A DNA stretch of 64,000 nt from Curvularia clavata (lineage: Eukaryota): contig CP089278.1 in NCBI GenBank assembly GCA_023920165.1, positions 806,001 through 870,000 of the forward strand, given 5' to 3'. Made by a program: the position numbers and the translations under genes. Positions 51,161 to 63,289 of this stretch are shown in pieces. Each line of letters starts with the position of its first letter. Position 1 is the first letter of the stretch. The notes beneath the pieces were generated by a model that searched no databases, had not been told where the DNA came from, and saw nothing but the letters and a program-made list of their open reading frames with translations.

Positions 51161-53809
51161 ATGTTGAGCTCTTCTCGGACACTGTACCAAGCGTACAGGG
51201 TCGTCCTGATCGGCTTCCTCTTCTCGATCTGCTTCGACACAGCATCTGCCCATGTTCTCAAAAAACAGCGTGCTGCTGCAACAGGCCGCACGCGTACATC
51301 TCTCAACGCGGACTGGCGCTTCTCACGCTTCACGTCTAATCCTGATGGTCTGAGTTATGAGACGCTGAGACCGTGGATGCTACCGTGTGCCAACGACTTC
51401 ATAGTCGGAGACGGATACCAACGCCCTTCCGGCTCTGCGCCTGGTGCCAACATCAGCTATGTACAGTCGAGCTTTAACGATGCAGACTGGAAGGCAGTGA
51501 CTCTCCCACACGATTGGGCCATCTCTGGAACTTTCGATGCTCCCGGCGTCACCGGTGATCTCGGATTCTTGCCTATCAACGGAATTGGATGGTACCGGCG
51601 ATCAGTCTCAATTGACGCCGATGTTATTGACTCCGGAAAGTCAATCTTCCTGGATATCGAAGGAGCAATGGCGTATGCTGCGGTGTGGCTCAATGGTCAG
51701 CTTGTGGGTGGATGGCCTTATGGCTACAACTCATTCCGCCTCGACCTTACCCCATATGCTAAAGCTGGAGCAAACACCCTTGCTATTCGCTTAGACAACA
51801 AACTGGATTCGTCGCGTTGGTACCCCGGTGCTGGAATCTACCGAGATGTTTGGATGGTAACCGTTGAGCCTGTGCATGTTGCGCAGTGGGGAACTTATGT
51901 CACTACTCCAAGCATCTCGAATGAAGAGGCTACCGTCGACATGGTCATTGAGATTGAGAACAAGGGAAACAGCAGTCAGAGTGTCGAGGTGGTTACTGAG
52001 GTTTATGAACGAGACTCTGCATCGAAGGCGGCCAAGGGTAAGAGTGTTGCGACTTTCCCGACAGCAAATGCGACTGTGGCAGGACGCTCTAAGCAATCTG
52101 TAAAAGGATCAGCTACCGTCGCCAACCCTAAACTCTGGGGACCTCCACCAACTCAAAAGCCCAACGAGTATGTTGCGGTTACGACGGTATCAGTCAACGG
52201 CAACGTGGTCGATACTTATGAGACCGTCTTTGGTATCCGCTCAGTTGCCTATGATCCCAATCAAGGAGTTCTAATCAACGGCGAGAGGATCTACGTCCAA
52301 GGTTCCTGCAACCATCACGACCTGGGATCGCTAGGCGCTGCTTTCAACACACGAGCCGCCGAGCGCCAGATCGAGATCCTGATGGAGATGGGTAATAACG
52401 CCCTCCGCACTTCCCATAATCCCCCCGCACCAGGATACTTGGATCTTGCCGACCACATGGGCCTGATGGTCATGGATGAGATCTTTGATACCTGGAACTT
52501 CCCCAAGGTCGAGAACGACTTCCATCGAATCTTCCAGGAGTGGCATGAGCCTGACCTTCGCTCGTTTATTCGCCGTGATCGAAATCACCCATCCATCATC
52601 TCTTGGAGTGTTGGAAACGAGCTTCCAGAACAATCAAACTCGACCGGAACTGCGACCCTTACTATGCTACAGGATATCGCCCATCAAGAAGACCCTACTC
52701 GCAAGGTTACCATCGGTATGAACAACGCCAATGCTCGCACTGGGATTGCTGCAGCCGTTGACATCATCGGTCTCAACTACCAGGGAGAAGGCAAAGGGGT
52801 CTCCTGGAGGAGCACGTTCCCTGATTTCAAGGCAGCCTTCCCTGAGAAGATGATCTGGAGTACAGAGTCTGCGTCTACCATTAGCACTCGTGGCAAGTAC
52901 CTTTTTCCCGTCACTGCCAACAAGAGTGCCGTAATTGGTGGAGGGCCATCTCAAGGTGGAGACCCCGAGACGAACATCGTCAGCTCCTACGATCTCTATG
53001 CACCGGAATGGGCCGCATCGCCAGACAAGGTCTTCCAGATGCAGGACATGCATCCGTATGTAGCTGGAGAATTTGTTTGGACCGGATGGGACTACATCGG
53101 CGAGCCCACCCCGTACGCCAACGTTAGCCGCAGCTCCTACTTCGGCATCATCGATCTCGCAGGCTTCAAAAAAGACCGCTTCTATCTCTACCAGTCTCGC
53201 TGGCGATCCGATCTCCCTATGGCGCACATTCTACCTCACTGGACCTGGCCAGCGGATCGCGTTAACCAAACCACTCCCGTGCATGTCTACACCTCTGGTG
53301 ATGCAGCTGAACTCTTTATCAACGGCGTTTCTGCCGGCCGCAAGGAAAAGGAAGAGTACGACTACCGTTTCCGCTGGGATGACGTCAAGTACCAACCTGG
53401 CAACGTGACGGTGGTGACTTATAAGAACGGCGCAGAATGGGCGACAGCATCTCAAGTCACGGCTGGTTCTGCTGTGACTCTCAACGTAACTGCCGACCGC
53501 ACTAGCATTGCCGGTGACGGATATGACCTCTCCTTCATCTCTGTTTCCGTGCATGATAGCCAGGGTGTAGTTGTCCCGACGGCAGATAACCCCATCAGCT
53601 TCAAGGTCACGTCCGGCCCGGGTGTTATCGTGAGTACCGACAATGGCGATCCGACTGACATGACACCGTTCCCTGAGACGACGAGGAAGGCGTTCGGTGG
53701 CATGGCACTGGCTATTGTGAGGAGCGAGGCTGGGGCGACAGGGGAGATTGTAGTGGAGGCTACTGCGGAGGGACTGGAGGGCGGGCGTGTGACTATCTCT
53801 GCTGCTTGA
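51161..53809 (+). CDS. Secreted GH2 glycoside hydrolase (beta-galactosidase-like)
   Basis: Signal peptide; LPHDW, SRWYPGAGIYR, HHDLG, RTSHNP, NHPSIISWSVGNE and WTGWDYIGEP. Intronless. Confidence 0.92.
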   Translation: MLSSSRTLYQAYRVVLIGFLFSICFDTASAHVLKKQRAAATGRTRTSLNADWRFSRFTSNPDGLSYETLRPWMLPCANDFIVGDGYQRPSGSAPGANISYVQSSFNDADWKAVTLPHDWAISGTFDAPGVTGDLGFLPINGIGWYRRSVSIDADVIDSGKSIFLDIEGAMAYAAVWLNGQLVGGWPYGYNSFRLDLTPYAKAGANTLAIRLDNKLDSSRWYPGAGIYRDVWMVTVEPVHVAQWGTYVTTPSISNEEATVDMVIEIENKGNSSQSVEVVTEVYERDSASKAAKGKSVATFPTANATVAGRSKQSVKGSATVANPKLWGPPPTQKPNEYVAVTTVSVNGNVVDTYETVFGIRSVAYDPNQGVLINGERIYVQGSCNHHDLGSLGAAFNTRAAERQIEILMEMGNNALRTSHNPPAPGYLDLADHMGLMVMDEIFDTWNFPKVENDFHRIFQEWHEPDLRSFIRRDRNHPSIISWSVGNELPEQSNSTGTATLTMLQDIAHQEDPTRKVTIGMNNANARTGIAAAVDIIGLNYQGEGKGVSWRSTFPDFKAAFPEKMIWSTESASTISTRGKYLFPVTANKSAVIGGGPSQGGDPETNIVSSYDLYAPEWAASPDKVFQMQDMHPYVAGEFVWTGWDYIGEPTPYANVSRSSYFGIIDLAGFKKDRFYLYQSRWRSDLPMAHILPHWTWPADRVNQTTPVHVYTSGDAAELFINGVSAGRKEKEEYDYRFRWDDVKYQPGNVTVVTYKNGAEWATASQVTAGSAVTLNVTADRTSIAGDGYDLSFISVSVHDSQGVVVPTADNPISFKVTSGPGVIVSTDNGDPTDMTPFPETTRKAFGGMALAIVRSEAGATGEIVVEATAEGLEGGRVTISAA

Positions 53810-54528
53810 CTAGCGGATAGAAGAGATTTTCGATCTGAACACAGTGGTTTGCAGTCAGTTATAATGTAATATTGTGCGAACGAAGAAGAAAATGATATAT
53901 GTTTTTCCAAAATATTGGGCGTGTGAAGATGTGCTGATTGGCGAGCAACCAAATATATGTCGTAATTAACTGATCAAATGAATACTATTCAGTAAAATGA
54001 AAGCTGGCACTGGGCTGGCATGGATCTCTGTTTTTCTTTCGTTTTCCGTCATAGGGCACTGTGAACCGTAGCAAAAATAGCAATCGATATCAAACATTGT
54101 GCTGGACGAGGGCTTGTGAAACGTATAAATCCACAACCTAAGTGCCTATTCTCAACACTGTATCAACCGTTGCTCAACTTTTACCTGATTCCTATATATC
54201 AGATTCAACATAATTCCCGTATTTACAACCTTTGTGCGTTGCTCCCTTCACTGTTATGCAACCGCCGTTTGCCTGGACCTGCATGTGCTGCTGGAACCTT
54301 CCGGTACCGCCACTACCCCTCTCAGACAAACGGGCTTCATCTGATCTCATTTCAGATCTCCTAGAGAAGACTGTTGCCGTGGTGCTAGCATGCGTTTGCT
54401 GTTGCCCCAGAGTATATAAACAGCGCAGTCCACCCTCCCTCTGCTCTCCAGCTGCCAGCTCCCTCTGTGAGTATCCCCCACCCTCTCTCAACTGCCATCC
54501 GACTCATACCTCTCAGGAAACATTCAAA

Positions 54529-56016
54529 ATGTCTTCAGTATCCCCCCTTAAGCGTCTGCTCTCCCCCTCTCTTCTCTCTTTGCTCCCCCTTCCTATTGCA
54601 CGCCGTGTTTCTGGCACGCGCGGCGTCGCAAAAGAGGCTAGTGTCACTGTCAAGACGGTCAAGCCGCTCTACGAGAGGCACCCCCGACCACAGTTGAAGC
54701 CGTCTGCTGCGGTTGTGTCCAGGAACAAGCTTCCGGCAACCAAGGCGTTGGCCTCAGCGACAAGGCAAAGCGCTGCGGCGCCTCGCAAACCCTCCCCTCT
54801 CCCCCTCCGTGCTTGTGCTCGGTCTGATTACAAACAGACCCCAGAGTTTGCCTTTGACAACTCTAGGATCCCAAGGCCGGTGCGTCCAGCCTTGAAAGCA
54901 GGTCCAGTGCGAACCACGCTGGGGATGAGGGTGAGGCTGGCAGATGTCTCCAGGTATCTCAAGGCCAGGCGCATGTTCCTCTCGGTTGCACAACCAGAGG
55001 AAGTTGCTTCCTGCGCAGAGAAGATCTTGGAAAAGGGTCAGGATGCGCTCGACGTCCCTGTGCCCTCCGCTAAGGAGACGGCAGTGGAGCCACAGTGCCA
55101 AGGTAAGTACTGTTTTACCCAGACACGATATGATCAGGAACTGACGAACGTTATAGCATCAGCTGGCACCTCCGCTTGCAAGTCTCCAAAGGAGGACATC
55201 AAGGCGGCGTCAGCGGTTTTGGCTCCGACAAATGCCAAGGTAGTCAAGAAGATTGGGCGTGCTCCTACGCCAAAGGTCGCCAAACCTCGACCGACGACCG
55301 TAGCCAAGGTCGACAAAAAGACTATGGTGGCCACCAAGCCCCAGAGTCTTCGCAAGGTTAGCCCCCTTGCTCGTCGCCAGAAGCTGGTCGAGAAGTCGAG
55401 GCCTGGTGTTGATCGCAAGATCAAACCAGCGAACAGGGGCCAACCAAAGGCGGTGGTGAGCCAACCACTGGCAGCAAAGCCTGCTCTGCGTACGACACGT
55501 GCGGCCGATTCCGCAGTGGTCAAGAAGCAAGTCAGCTTCGTCGAGGGCTTGTCCTCCGACGTTGCTGTCAAGCAACCTTTGGTGCCTGGGTCCGCTCCCA
55601 CTGTCATCCACTCCTCCCGGTCGCCCCTGGCTAACCCTCGGGCGAAGCACGTCTTCACGGCCAAGACCGCAGGTTCTGTGACACTCAAGAGGCGGTTTCT
55701 CGACCGCTTTGCGAGTGTCCAAGCCTACGAAGCGCAACGCCGAAAGGACGCGCTGGCCGCAGGCGAGCAGCCAGGTCTAGGTCAGCTGGACTACGGCAAC
55801 TCCGTCTTCAGGATCGCCCTACAGGCGTCAGAGGTCATTGCCTCCGACGACATTGGGATGCTGATGGATGTGAGTTCCCTTGGAAAGGCTGCGCCTCAGA
55901 CAGGCGGACGTGGCAGGAAGGTTCCTGTGTGGGTCTTTGGGTCTTTCAAAGAGCCATTTAGGCCTGCGGCTATTCCGAAAGAGCGGGCCCCCGTTCATAG
56001 GAAGCCAAAGGCCTAG
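54529..56016 (+). CDS. Basic K/R/P/A-rich hypothetical protein
   Basis: TATATAAA at ~54413, ATG 54529, an in-frame 54-nt intron candidate 55103-55156; no known domain. Confidence 0.55.
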   Translation: MSSVSPLKRLLSPSLLSLLPLPIARRVSGTRGVAKEASVTVKTVKPLYERHPRPQLKPSAAVVSRNKLPATKALASATRQSAAAPRKPSPLPLRACARSDYKQTPEFAFDNSRIPRPVRPALKAGPVRTTLGMRVRLADVSRYLKARRMFLSVAQPEEVASCAEKILEKGQDALDVPVPSAKETAVEPQCQGKYCFTQTRYDQELTNVIASAGTSACKSPKEDIKAASAVLAPTNAKVVKKIGRAPTPKVAKPRPTTVAKVDKKTMVATKPQSLRKVSPLARRQKLVEKSRPGVDRKIKPANRGQPKAVVSQPLAAKPALRTTRAADSAVVKKQVSFVEGLSSDVAVKQPLVPGSAPTVIHSSRSPLANPRAKHVFTAKTAGSVTLKRRFLDRFASVQAYEAQRRKDALAAGEQPGLGQLDYGNSVFRIALQASEVIASDDIGMLMDVSSLGKAAPQTGGRGRKVPVWVFGSFKEPFRPAAIPKERAPVHRKPKA

Positions 56017-56178
56017 TTAGCTGCAAGACTCCAAAGGTCAAGTTGGTCGCTTTCGGACGGACGGACCGTTCATCGACTTGCTATCATTCTTCGAGTAAGT
56101 CATCTCTCCTCCCAGCTGTGGCACTTGTGTTAACGGTGGTACAGGGTCACCATCGGTCATTTGATCGATTTTCTAATT

Positions 56179-56405
56179 AAGTCGGGGCGTCCTTTTCGAC
56201 AGGGCGGGGTGTGTGGTGGGACCCTGTACATTATATATGATGTTCTCTTCACGACTGGGGCATCATCTGGTAAGATGTCTCCTTCTCTTGGTTGAAACAT
56301 TTCTATTGACTGTATCACAAGTTAAGTATTGTTTCATTGTTTCATTACAATAAAGTCGGGGCGTCCTTTTCGGCAGGGCGGGGCGTGTGGCGGGACCCCG
56401 CACAT
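56179..56405 (+). repeat. 53-nt direct repeat (56179-56231 and 56353-56405)
   Basis: AAGTCGGGGCGTCCTTTTCG(A/G)CAGGGCGGGG(T/C)GTGTGG(T/C)GGGACCC(T/C)G(T/C)ACAT; 48/53 identical. Confidence 0.9.
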
Positions 56406-57147
56406 CACAACAATTTCTTTTTTACATTTCCATGAACGACTACCGGTCGGATACTGTATATACTGGTGGAGGTTTCGATGGAAGAGCAGGGCGGAGGAGG
56501 AGGAAACATATCATCTTTGACCGAGGGCCAGTCACTGTGTTATCAGGGCGGGGCGCACAGGAAGATCGTCCCTCCGCTAGCGGGGAGCGAGTCTTCGGGG
56601 CAATCGAGGTTTTCAGGTACTAGTGCCGTGTACCAGATTCCGGGGTTTCTGGGGTTGCATGCCTGTTTGGGATCATCATTGATAGAAGGGAAGCATCCAT
56701 TCACAGTGTACTCATGGTTTACCAATCAAATGCCCTTCACACTTCACTCATCTCCGGCCTTGCTCATGCCGTCTGTGCCGCACCGTAAGTCCTTTTTCTC
56801 CATCCAAGCCCACGTGTTTGCTACGAACTCGTCAATCTCCGTGCTGGTGCCATCCCGGCATCCAGGTAAACTGACGCCAGCCCATCATCGCTGTATGTAC
56901 TTTGTCGCACGTGTCGCCGTGATTGGTAGACTGCTATCATGCCCGCTCAGCATTAGACTTGAAGAGGCAGTTGCCGAGCCTTATGCACGGCCACACCAAG
57001 AATCGCCAAGGCTTGCCTTGGTGAACGCAGCGGAGACGTCCGTTTGTCCATCGGAATACATATAGTGATAGCGTGGGAGGACGACATCGCTTCTTTGTGC
57101 TCGCGCCTGCCTTCTTTCCGAGTCAATCGCTGAAGTCGTAGGACAAA

Positions 57148-59051
57148 ATGAAGTTCACCACTCGATCAAGCGCGTCTCTCGTTGCCATTTCGGCATTGGC
57201 GACCATTGCTCAGGCAGAAGACGTGCTTTACAGCAAACGTCTGCTGAAGCGTGGTATCGACCAGGACGGAAACTACAACATTTGTAAGTTCTGATATACA
57301 CTTGGATCTTTCTCTCACTCACGTGACACAGCCTTCTTCCACATCAACGACGTGCATGCCCATCTTGACGAGTTTAGTTCCTCAGGAACCGACTGCACGA
57401 GGCCCGAGCGTGGATGCTACGGCGGCTACGCCCGAGTCAAGACCGTGATTGAAGAGCAGCGCCCCAACTTCGAGGACAGTCTCTGGCTCAACGCCGGTGA
57501 CGAGTTTCAGGGAACCTTATTCTACAGTTACTATGGCGGCGAGAAGATTGCCGAGGTCTTGAACGAGCTCGAGTTCGATGCTATGACTCTTGGAAACCAC
57601 GAGTTCGATGGCGGAGACGCTGAGCTGGGAGAGTTCCTTGTTAATCTCACGTTTCCGATCATTAGTGCCAATGTGCACTCGCAGGATGAGAATGTCAACA
57701 AGACTGTCAAGCCCTGGACGGTCTTTGAGGAGCATGATCTGGCAGTGATTGGAGTCACCTCGCAAGACACCGGCAGTCTTAGTAATGCAGATGTGACAAC
57801 TGTCTTCTCTGACGTTGTTGAGGTATGTTTTACAGCTCACAGAAATCTAGAATCGCTGGTTACTGATAATCAACGTAGGCTGTACAAGGCGCGATTGATG
57901 AGATCAAGTCCACCACCAACATCACCAGAATTGCAGCCCTTACCCATATTGGCTACGACAAGGACCAAGAGCTTGCCAAAGCCACTACTGGACTTCACCT
58001 CATCATCGGCGGCCACAGCCACACCCTACTTGGTGACATGAAAGGCGCCGAAGGTAAATACCCCACTATTGTCGACAACAAGGACGGCGACGAGGTATTC
58101 ATCGTTACCGCTCGCCGCTGGGGAGAATATCTCGGCTACATCGACGTAACCTATGATCCATCCGGCAAGATCCTTGCCTACCACGGCGCTCCCATCCACC
58201 TCACCAACACCACGAAGCAAGAAGAATCGCTCCAAAAAGAGATCGACGCATGGCGCGTTCCGTTCGAAGAATTTGCCGCCGAAGTCCTCGGCACCAGCAA
58301 CGTCGAGCTCGACCAAACTACTTGCCAGCAGCAAGAGTGCTTGCTTGGCGACTTCATGGCTGACGCAATGCTCACATACCGTAAAAACAACACTGATGAT
58401 GTAGACTTTGCTCTTATCAACGCGGGTGGTATCCGTGCCACGATCGACCAAGGCGACATTACACGTGGAGAGGTGCTAACCTCGTTTCCCTTTGGTAATT
58501 CCATCGTGCAAGTCGCTATCACAGGCAAACTGCTCTGGGAATCCCTCGAAGGCATCGTGACCGGCGTCAACGTCGGAAATGGCAAGGAAGTCACTTCCTT
58601 CTTCCAAATCAGCTCCGGCATCAAAGTCCAGTATAACCCCAACAACGCAAACAACACCAAATTGGTCTCCGTCACCATTGGCGATCAACCACTTAAGAAC
58701 GATACTACGTATCAAATGGTGACGCTGGATTTCATCGCGGGCGGAGGCGACAACTTCTTCGAGCCCACGACCGACTTCGTCAGTCTGGATACGCAGGATG
58801 AGGTGCTCACGCAGTATATTCGCGCCAAGACACCGGTGGATATCAAGCTAGATGGGAGGATTGAGGAGGTGGATGGGCAGCGTGAGGAGGTAGGCGGTGG
58901 GAATAGCACTACACCGGCGAATGGGACTGTGCCATCAAGTGGTTCGCCGGCTCCATCGCCGCAGCAGACAACCAGTGCGGCGGCGAGGCTGAGTCAGAGC
59001 GCTATAAGCGCGTTAGTGTTGGGTGCTGTTGCGGCGCTCTGTGTGCTTTGA
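57148..59051 (+). CDS. Secreted, probably GPI-anchored 5'-nucleotidase (metallophosphoesterase)
   Basis: Signal peptide; HINDVH, NAGDEFQG, GNHEFD, GGHSH and NAGGIR; hydrophobic C-terminus; introns ~57284-57331 and ~57823-57878. Confidence 0.92.
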
Positions 59052-59769
59052 GAGATGACAGTGATTGTGTAATGGGCAATGAGATAATCATATCTAAGCA
59101 CTATTTCCTCTTAGTGTAGGGGAAAGAAAAAATAAACTGCGTAGCATGTAACAGACCTAGTCATTACAAGGCGATGTGCACAAAATCGGAATAGAGTCTT
59201 GAGATTTGCGCATTTTTCTATGGCGTTTGTCTTGTTCGTCGAGATATTCCTTGGCTAGCGATTCCGACACTTCGTTGCTGATAGGCATAGCCGTCTTTAC
59301 ACTCAAAGGCTTTTGTAAATTTCCCGAGTTTCTTTGATATTCATAAAGCACACATAACTAGCGTATTTTTAGTCAGTTGCTACAGTATAAGGCCTTGGTC
59401 ACGTAGCGTAATACCGATACAAAAAGATGCACTAGTTTCAATCAGCTCAGCAGTATATGCATACTTGCGTCAGATCATGGTATAGGCTATGAATTCGCTC
59501 GAGCCTGAATGGAAGCACGGGCAGTATTGTTCACTCCTTACGAATGCCTCTACTTGGGGGGATGTGTCATCTTCTTGATTCACAGACATGTTCAATTTTG
59601 CAACGAAGTGAGATTTGAATTGAAACATTATGTACAAACGCACCATTACCATCCTTCTACCCAACTCCCAGACCATTAGAAACGTCAGAGGCTAGTTCTT
59701 GCTACCATTTGGCTCTTTCTCTGTGGGCATACTGCTTGGCCGGTTGCTGAAGAACGCACGCAGAGTGTG

Positions 59770-61982
59770 TTAGTTTGCCCGATGTGATTCAAGCGCTGTC
59801 GTATAGTTCTCGAGACACCGACGAGAAAGTGAATGATTCTCACCAAGAACATCTAGGAATCCGGTGTAGGCTCTCTTAAAGAGAGGTAGAGCCTCGTCAT
59901 AGCAATGTCGATTTTCAAGGGACATGGCAAGGATGTACACGTTATACAATGTCTTGGCATTCATATGCCCAAATACCTTCTCATGCACAGCTAGCGCCTG
60001 TCTATACATTGTCTCCGCCTCTTTGAACTTGCCTAGGTCATCTAGCGTTATTGCCAAGTGAAACTTACTTAGCGACGTCAGTGAGTCCTCGTGCCCCAGT
60101 AGCTCTTCACATATCGCTAACATTTGGCTCCTTAGTACTTCTGCCTCTTGGTTCTTGTGCTGTAGGTGTAATGTTACTGCTAGCTGGTTCACGGTCGTCA
60201 GCAGCGTGCGTAGATGCTCATACCCACGCAACTCCTTGCAAAGCGCCAGAACCTTTCTCTGCATTACCTCTGCCTCCTGGTACTTGCCCTGATAGCTTAG
60301 CATTGATACCAGATTTTTTATTCCCGCTTGTCTGTCATGACTCACATGTCCATGCGCTTTCCTTTCCAGCAGTTTCAAAACCTGTCTTAACTTTGCCTCG
60401 GCCTCTTTGTATTTTCCCCTCATCGTTTCGGCCATAGCCAAACTCCTCATGCTCATCAGAGTGTCTTTATGTTCTTCACCAAGCAAATCCTTTCTGACCT
60501 CCATTGATGCCACTGACATCTGCTCTGCCTCGATTGATCTCCCAGTCTGCTTGGCATAGTCTGCTGCATTGTAGAGCAGCAACGCCCATCTCAGAAGCGA
60601 CTCTAGGCTTTTCGGCTGCTGTATTAGTGCCGCCTGTAAGTGCGCAAATAACATCTCGTACTTCCCATAATTCTCGGCTTGTAGTGGCGGTAGTTCTGCG
60701 CAAAGGTTGGAGATGAACTGATTTCTCCACTTGTCTAGCTGGGCTTCATTCTCCAGCCATGCGCGAGTTGCTAGCTGCACTAGGCTATGCATCTCAAACG
60801 TGTTCGCATCTCTAGTCACGTTGATAAGGGAGTAGTCTCGTAGCATCAGCACATCGTCCTCGAAGTCGTCATCGGTCCCAACAGCTGGCACGCACTTGTC
60901 AGCTGTGCTGTTGCGCGGACGAAGCAGAGTCTCTTGTATTCTGTTTCGGTCGAAGAAGCTCATCAGCGACAGCAGATCTACTGCCGAATTCCGTGTCTTT
61001 CGGATATGGTCGAACGAGATTTGCCATGTTATAAGAACGGAGTTGCTGGCACCTTGATCTCGACGAAGATGTCCCGCTTCTCGTTTTAATAAGCTGATTT
61101 TTCTGCTATCGCTCTGCCGGTACTCATCTAGATATCGCTGTACAGAGCATCTTGGTGCTTGTTCTCGGATATATGCTGCTGCCTGTATAAGAGCAAGCGG
61201 TATGCGATCAAGTTCTGTTGCTAGCTGGGCGATGCTGTTGTCATCGTTCTCTTCGGATACATTCCGTAGCTTCTTGCGGAGCAGGGCAGATGCAGACTCG
61301 TCATCCATCGGCTCAAGGGATATAATCTCGCTATCCTCGACGACTTGCATGGCTGCGCGTTTTGTGCGGCTCAATACCAGCACCGAGCCATGGCTGCTTG
61401 GGAGCAGATACTGGAGCGCATTGCTGCCGTTTGCGAGAGAAAGAACAGCGGCATCATCGGCATTGTCAAGTATCAACAGCCACCGTCCGTTCCTCATGTC
61501 ACGTAACCATTCGCAAACCAACTTAAGCGGATTAGCCTGTGGGTTCTTACGGCCACGAACCTTAACTTGGTCGGCTATCTTGTAGAGGCTATGTTCGAGC
61601 TCCTCCACATTATTCGCGTTTGCCCAAAATATCCATGTGTCCGGCGACTGGTCGGCAGTGCGATAGCAGTGCTCGACTGCCAGCTGGGTCTTCCTGTGAT
61701 AGTGTTAGATACGGGTACTGATTCAATCGTCTTTCGTCCAACGTACCCGACGCCGCCGAGGCCCACCAGCGCTACTCGAGACGCTGGCGCGGAGCATCGT
61801 TGGCGGATCTGTTCAAGGAGGGTTCCGCGCTCAACAAAATCGACATCGCGGGGTAACGGCACGAAGGATGTGGGTTGTGGTGGAGTCTCGGGGCGTTCTG
61901 GGTAAATGTGGGCTTCGACAGAGCCAGAGTTGTATGCAATCTGCAACCCTCTATTTTGCGTGCTTGTAAACATAGTCGACAT
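59770..61982 (-). CDS. Fungal NLR: short N-terminal amyloid motif + NB-ARC + TPR
   Basis: P-loop GLGGVG|KT spliced across intron 61746-61694; Walker B WLLILDNADD; IPLALIQAAAY; MHSLVQ; kinesin-light-chain-like TPRs. Confidence 0.92.
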
Positions 61983-62289
61983 TGTGAATTGTAAGCATGT
62001 CACTGTACGTGGTAAGGGCAGGCTGTTCAGGTTATTGTATCAGAAATTTGAGAAGCAATACGCCTGATTTTGCACGTGTGACTAAGTCTGGGTCTGTGGT
62101 TGAGTCTGAGTCTGAGACTCTGTCTGAGACTGCTGCTTCATCTTGCAAGTACCCTGTAGCTGCTAGCTGTACAAACAATGTTAAAAGCGCACACTGCCCA
62201 ACTGAGATTGAATGCACACACTTCCAGCATCTCTCTCATCTTGTTATTCTGGTTTCGCAATCCCCATCGTATTTCCCCAACGCACCAAC

Positions 62290-63084
62290 ATGACCGAAGC
62301 AGCTGGTCTGGCAGTCAGTGCCGTTGCCCTCGCTAGTCTTTTCAACAATACCATCGAATGTTTCGAATTTGTCCAGCTCGGCTGTACATTTGGAAAGAGC
62401 TTCCAGACCAGTCAACTTAAGCTCGATAACGCAAGGCTCCGCTTATCCCGATGGGGCAAGTCCCTGGGTCTGGATGATCAGGATGTTCGAGAATCGACAT
62501 CGCTCAAGAGAAATCTTGCCTCAAAAGAAAATGTCGGCCAGGCTGAGGCGCTGCTGGGTCAGATTGTAGAGCTGTTCGTGGAAGCGGAAGGAGTGTCGGA
62601 GAAATATAAGAGTCGGAAAGCGCCTCAAGGCAGCTTGGCGGTGTACAACCCTCAGACTGACTTAGACCCGTCTGGAGCCAAACTTCATGAGAAGATGCGT
62701 CAGCTATCTATCGAGCGTCAGAATTGTTCAGGTATAAGGAAAAAGGCAAAGTGGGCATTGTACCAGGAAAAGCAGTTTCGCCGGCTGATTGAGGATATCA
62801 CGGACTTGGTCGACGGATTGGAAAATCTCTTTCCCGCTGCTCAGCCTTCTCGGCGTCAGCTCTGTGACGCTGAAGTATCTATCCTTGAGGAAGGCCTGGA
62901 AGGCGAAGCCATGTCGGTGTTGAAAGACATCACCGCTGCCCAGGACAAATTATTGGAGCAGGCTATCACGGAGAGTGGTGCAAAATCATACCATATTGCT
63001 TTTTCTGGTAATGGTAACTGTGGTTTTCAGCTAGGCCACAACTCTGGTACGATTTCCGGCATCACCTTTGGAAGAGATAGTTGA
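62290..63084 (+). CDS. HeLo-domain cell-death effector with C-terminal PP-like amyloid motif
   Basis: N-terminal hydrophobic helix AAGLAVSAVALASLF, RLRLSRWG and KWALY (HET-S HeLo hallmarks); tail GNGNCGFQLGHNSG. Confidence 0.9.
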   Translation: MTEAAGLAVSAVALASLFNNTIECFEFVQLGCTFGKSFQTSQLKLDNARLRLSRWGKSLGLDDQDVRESTSLKRNLASKENVGQAEALLGQIVELFVEAEGVSEKYKSRKAPQGSLAVYNPQTDLDPSGAKLHEKMRQLSIERQNCSGIRKKAKWALYQEKQFRRLIEDITDLVDGLENLFPAAQPSRRQLCDAEVSILEEGLEGEAMSVLKDITAAQDKLLEQAITESGAKSYHIAFSGNGNCGFQLGHNSGTISGITFGRDS

Positions 63085-63289
63085 AGCTGGTCAAGCATTG
63101 TCATAGATACAATTCGTTTTCAGTCATGATTTGGCTGTTCGTCGATACAGTTCGATACCTGTGAAACTAAAGCAATCTAACGGTACATATCCTAAACCCA
63201 GACCAACGCCTTTGATCGCTAAAACGCATGCCAAACCCCTTGATCAATTTTGCCTCAACGCCATCCCATAGTCATCACTGGCGTCTATG

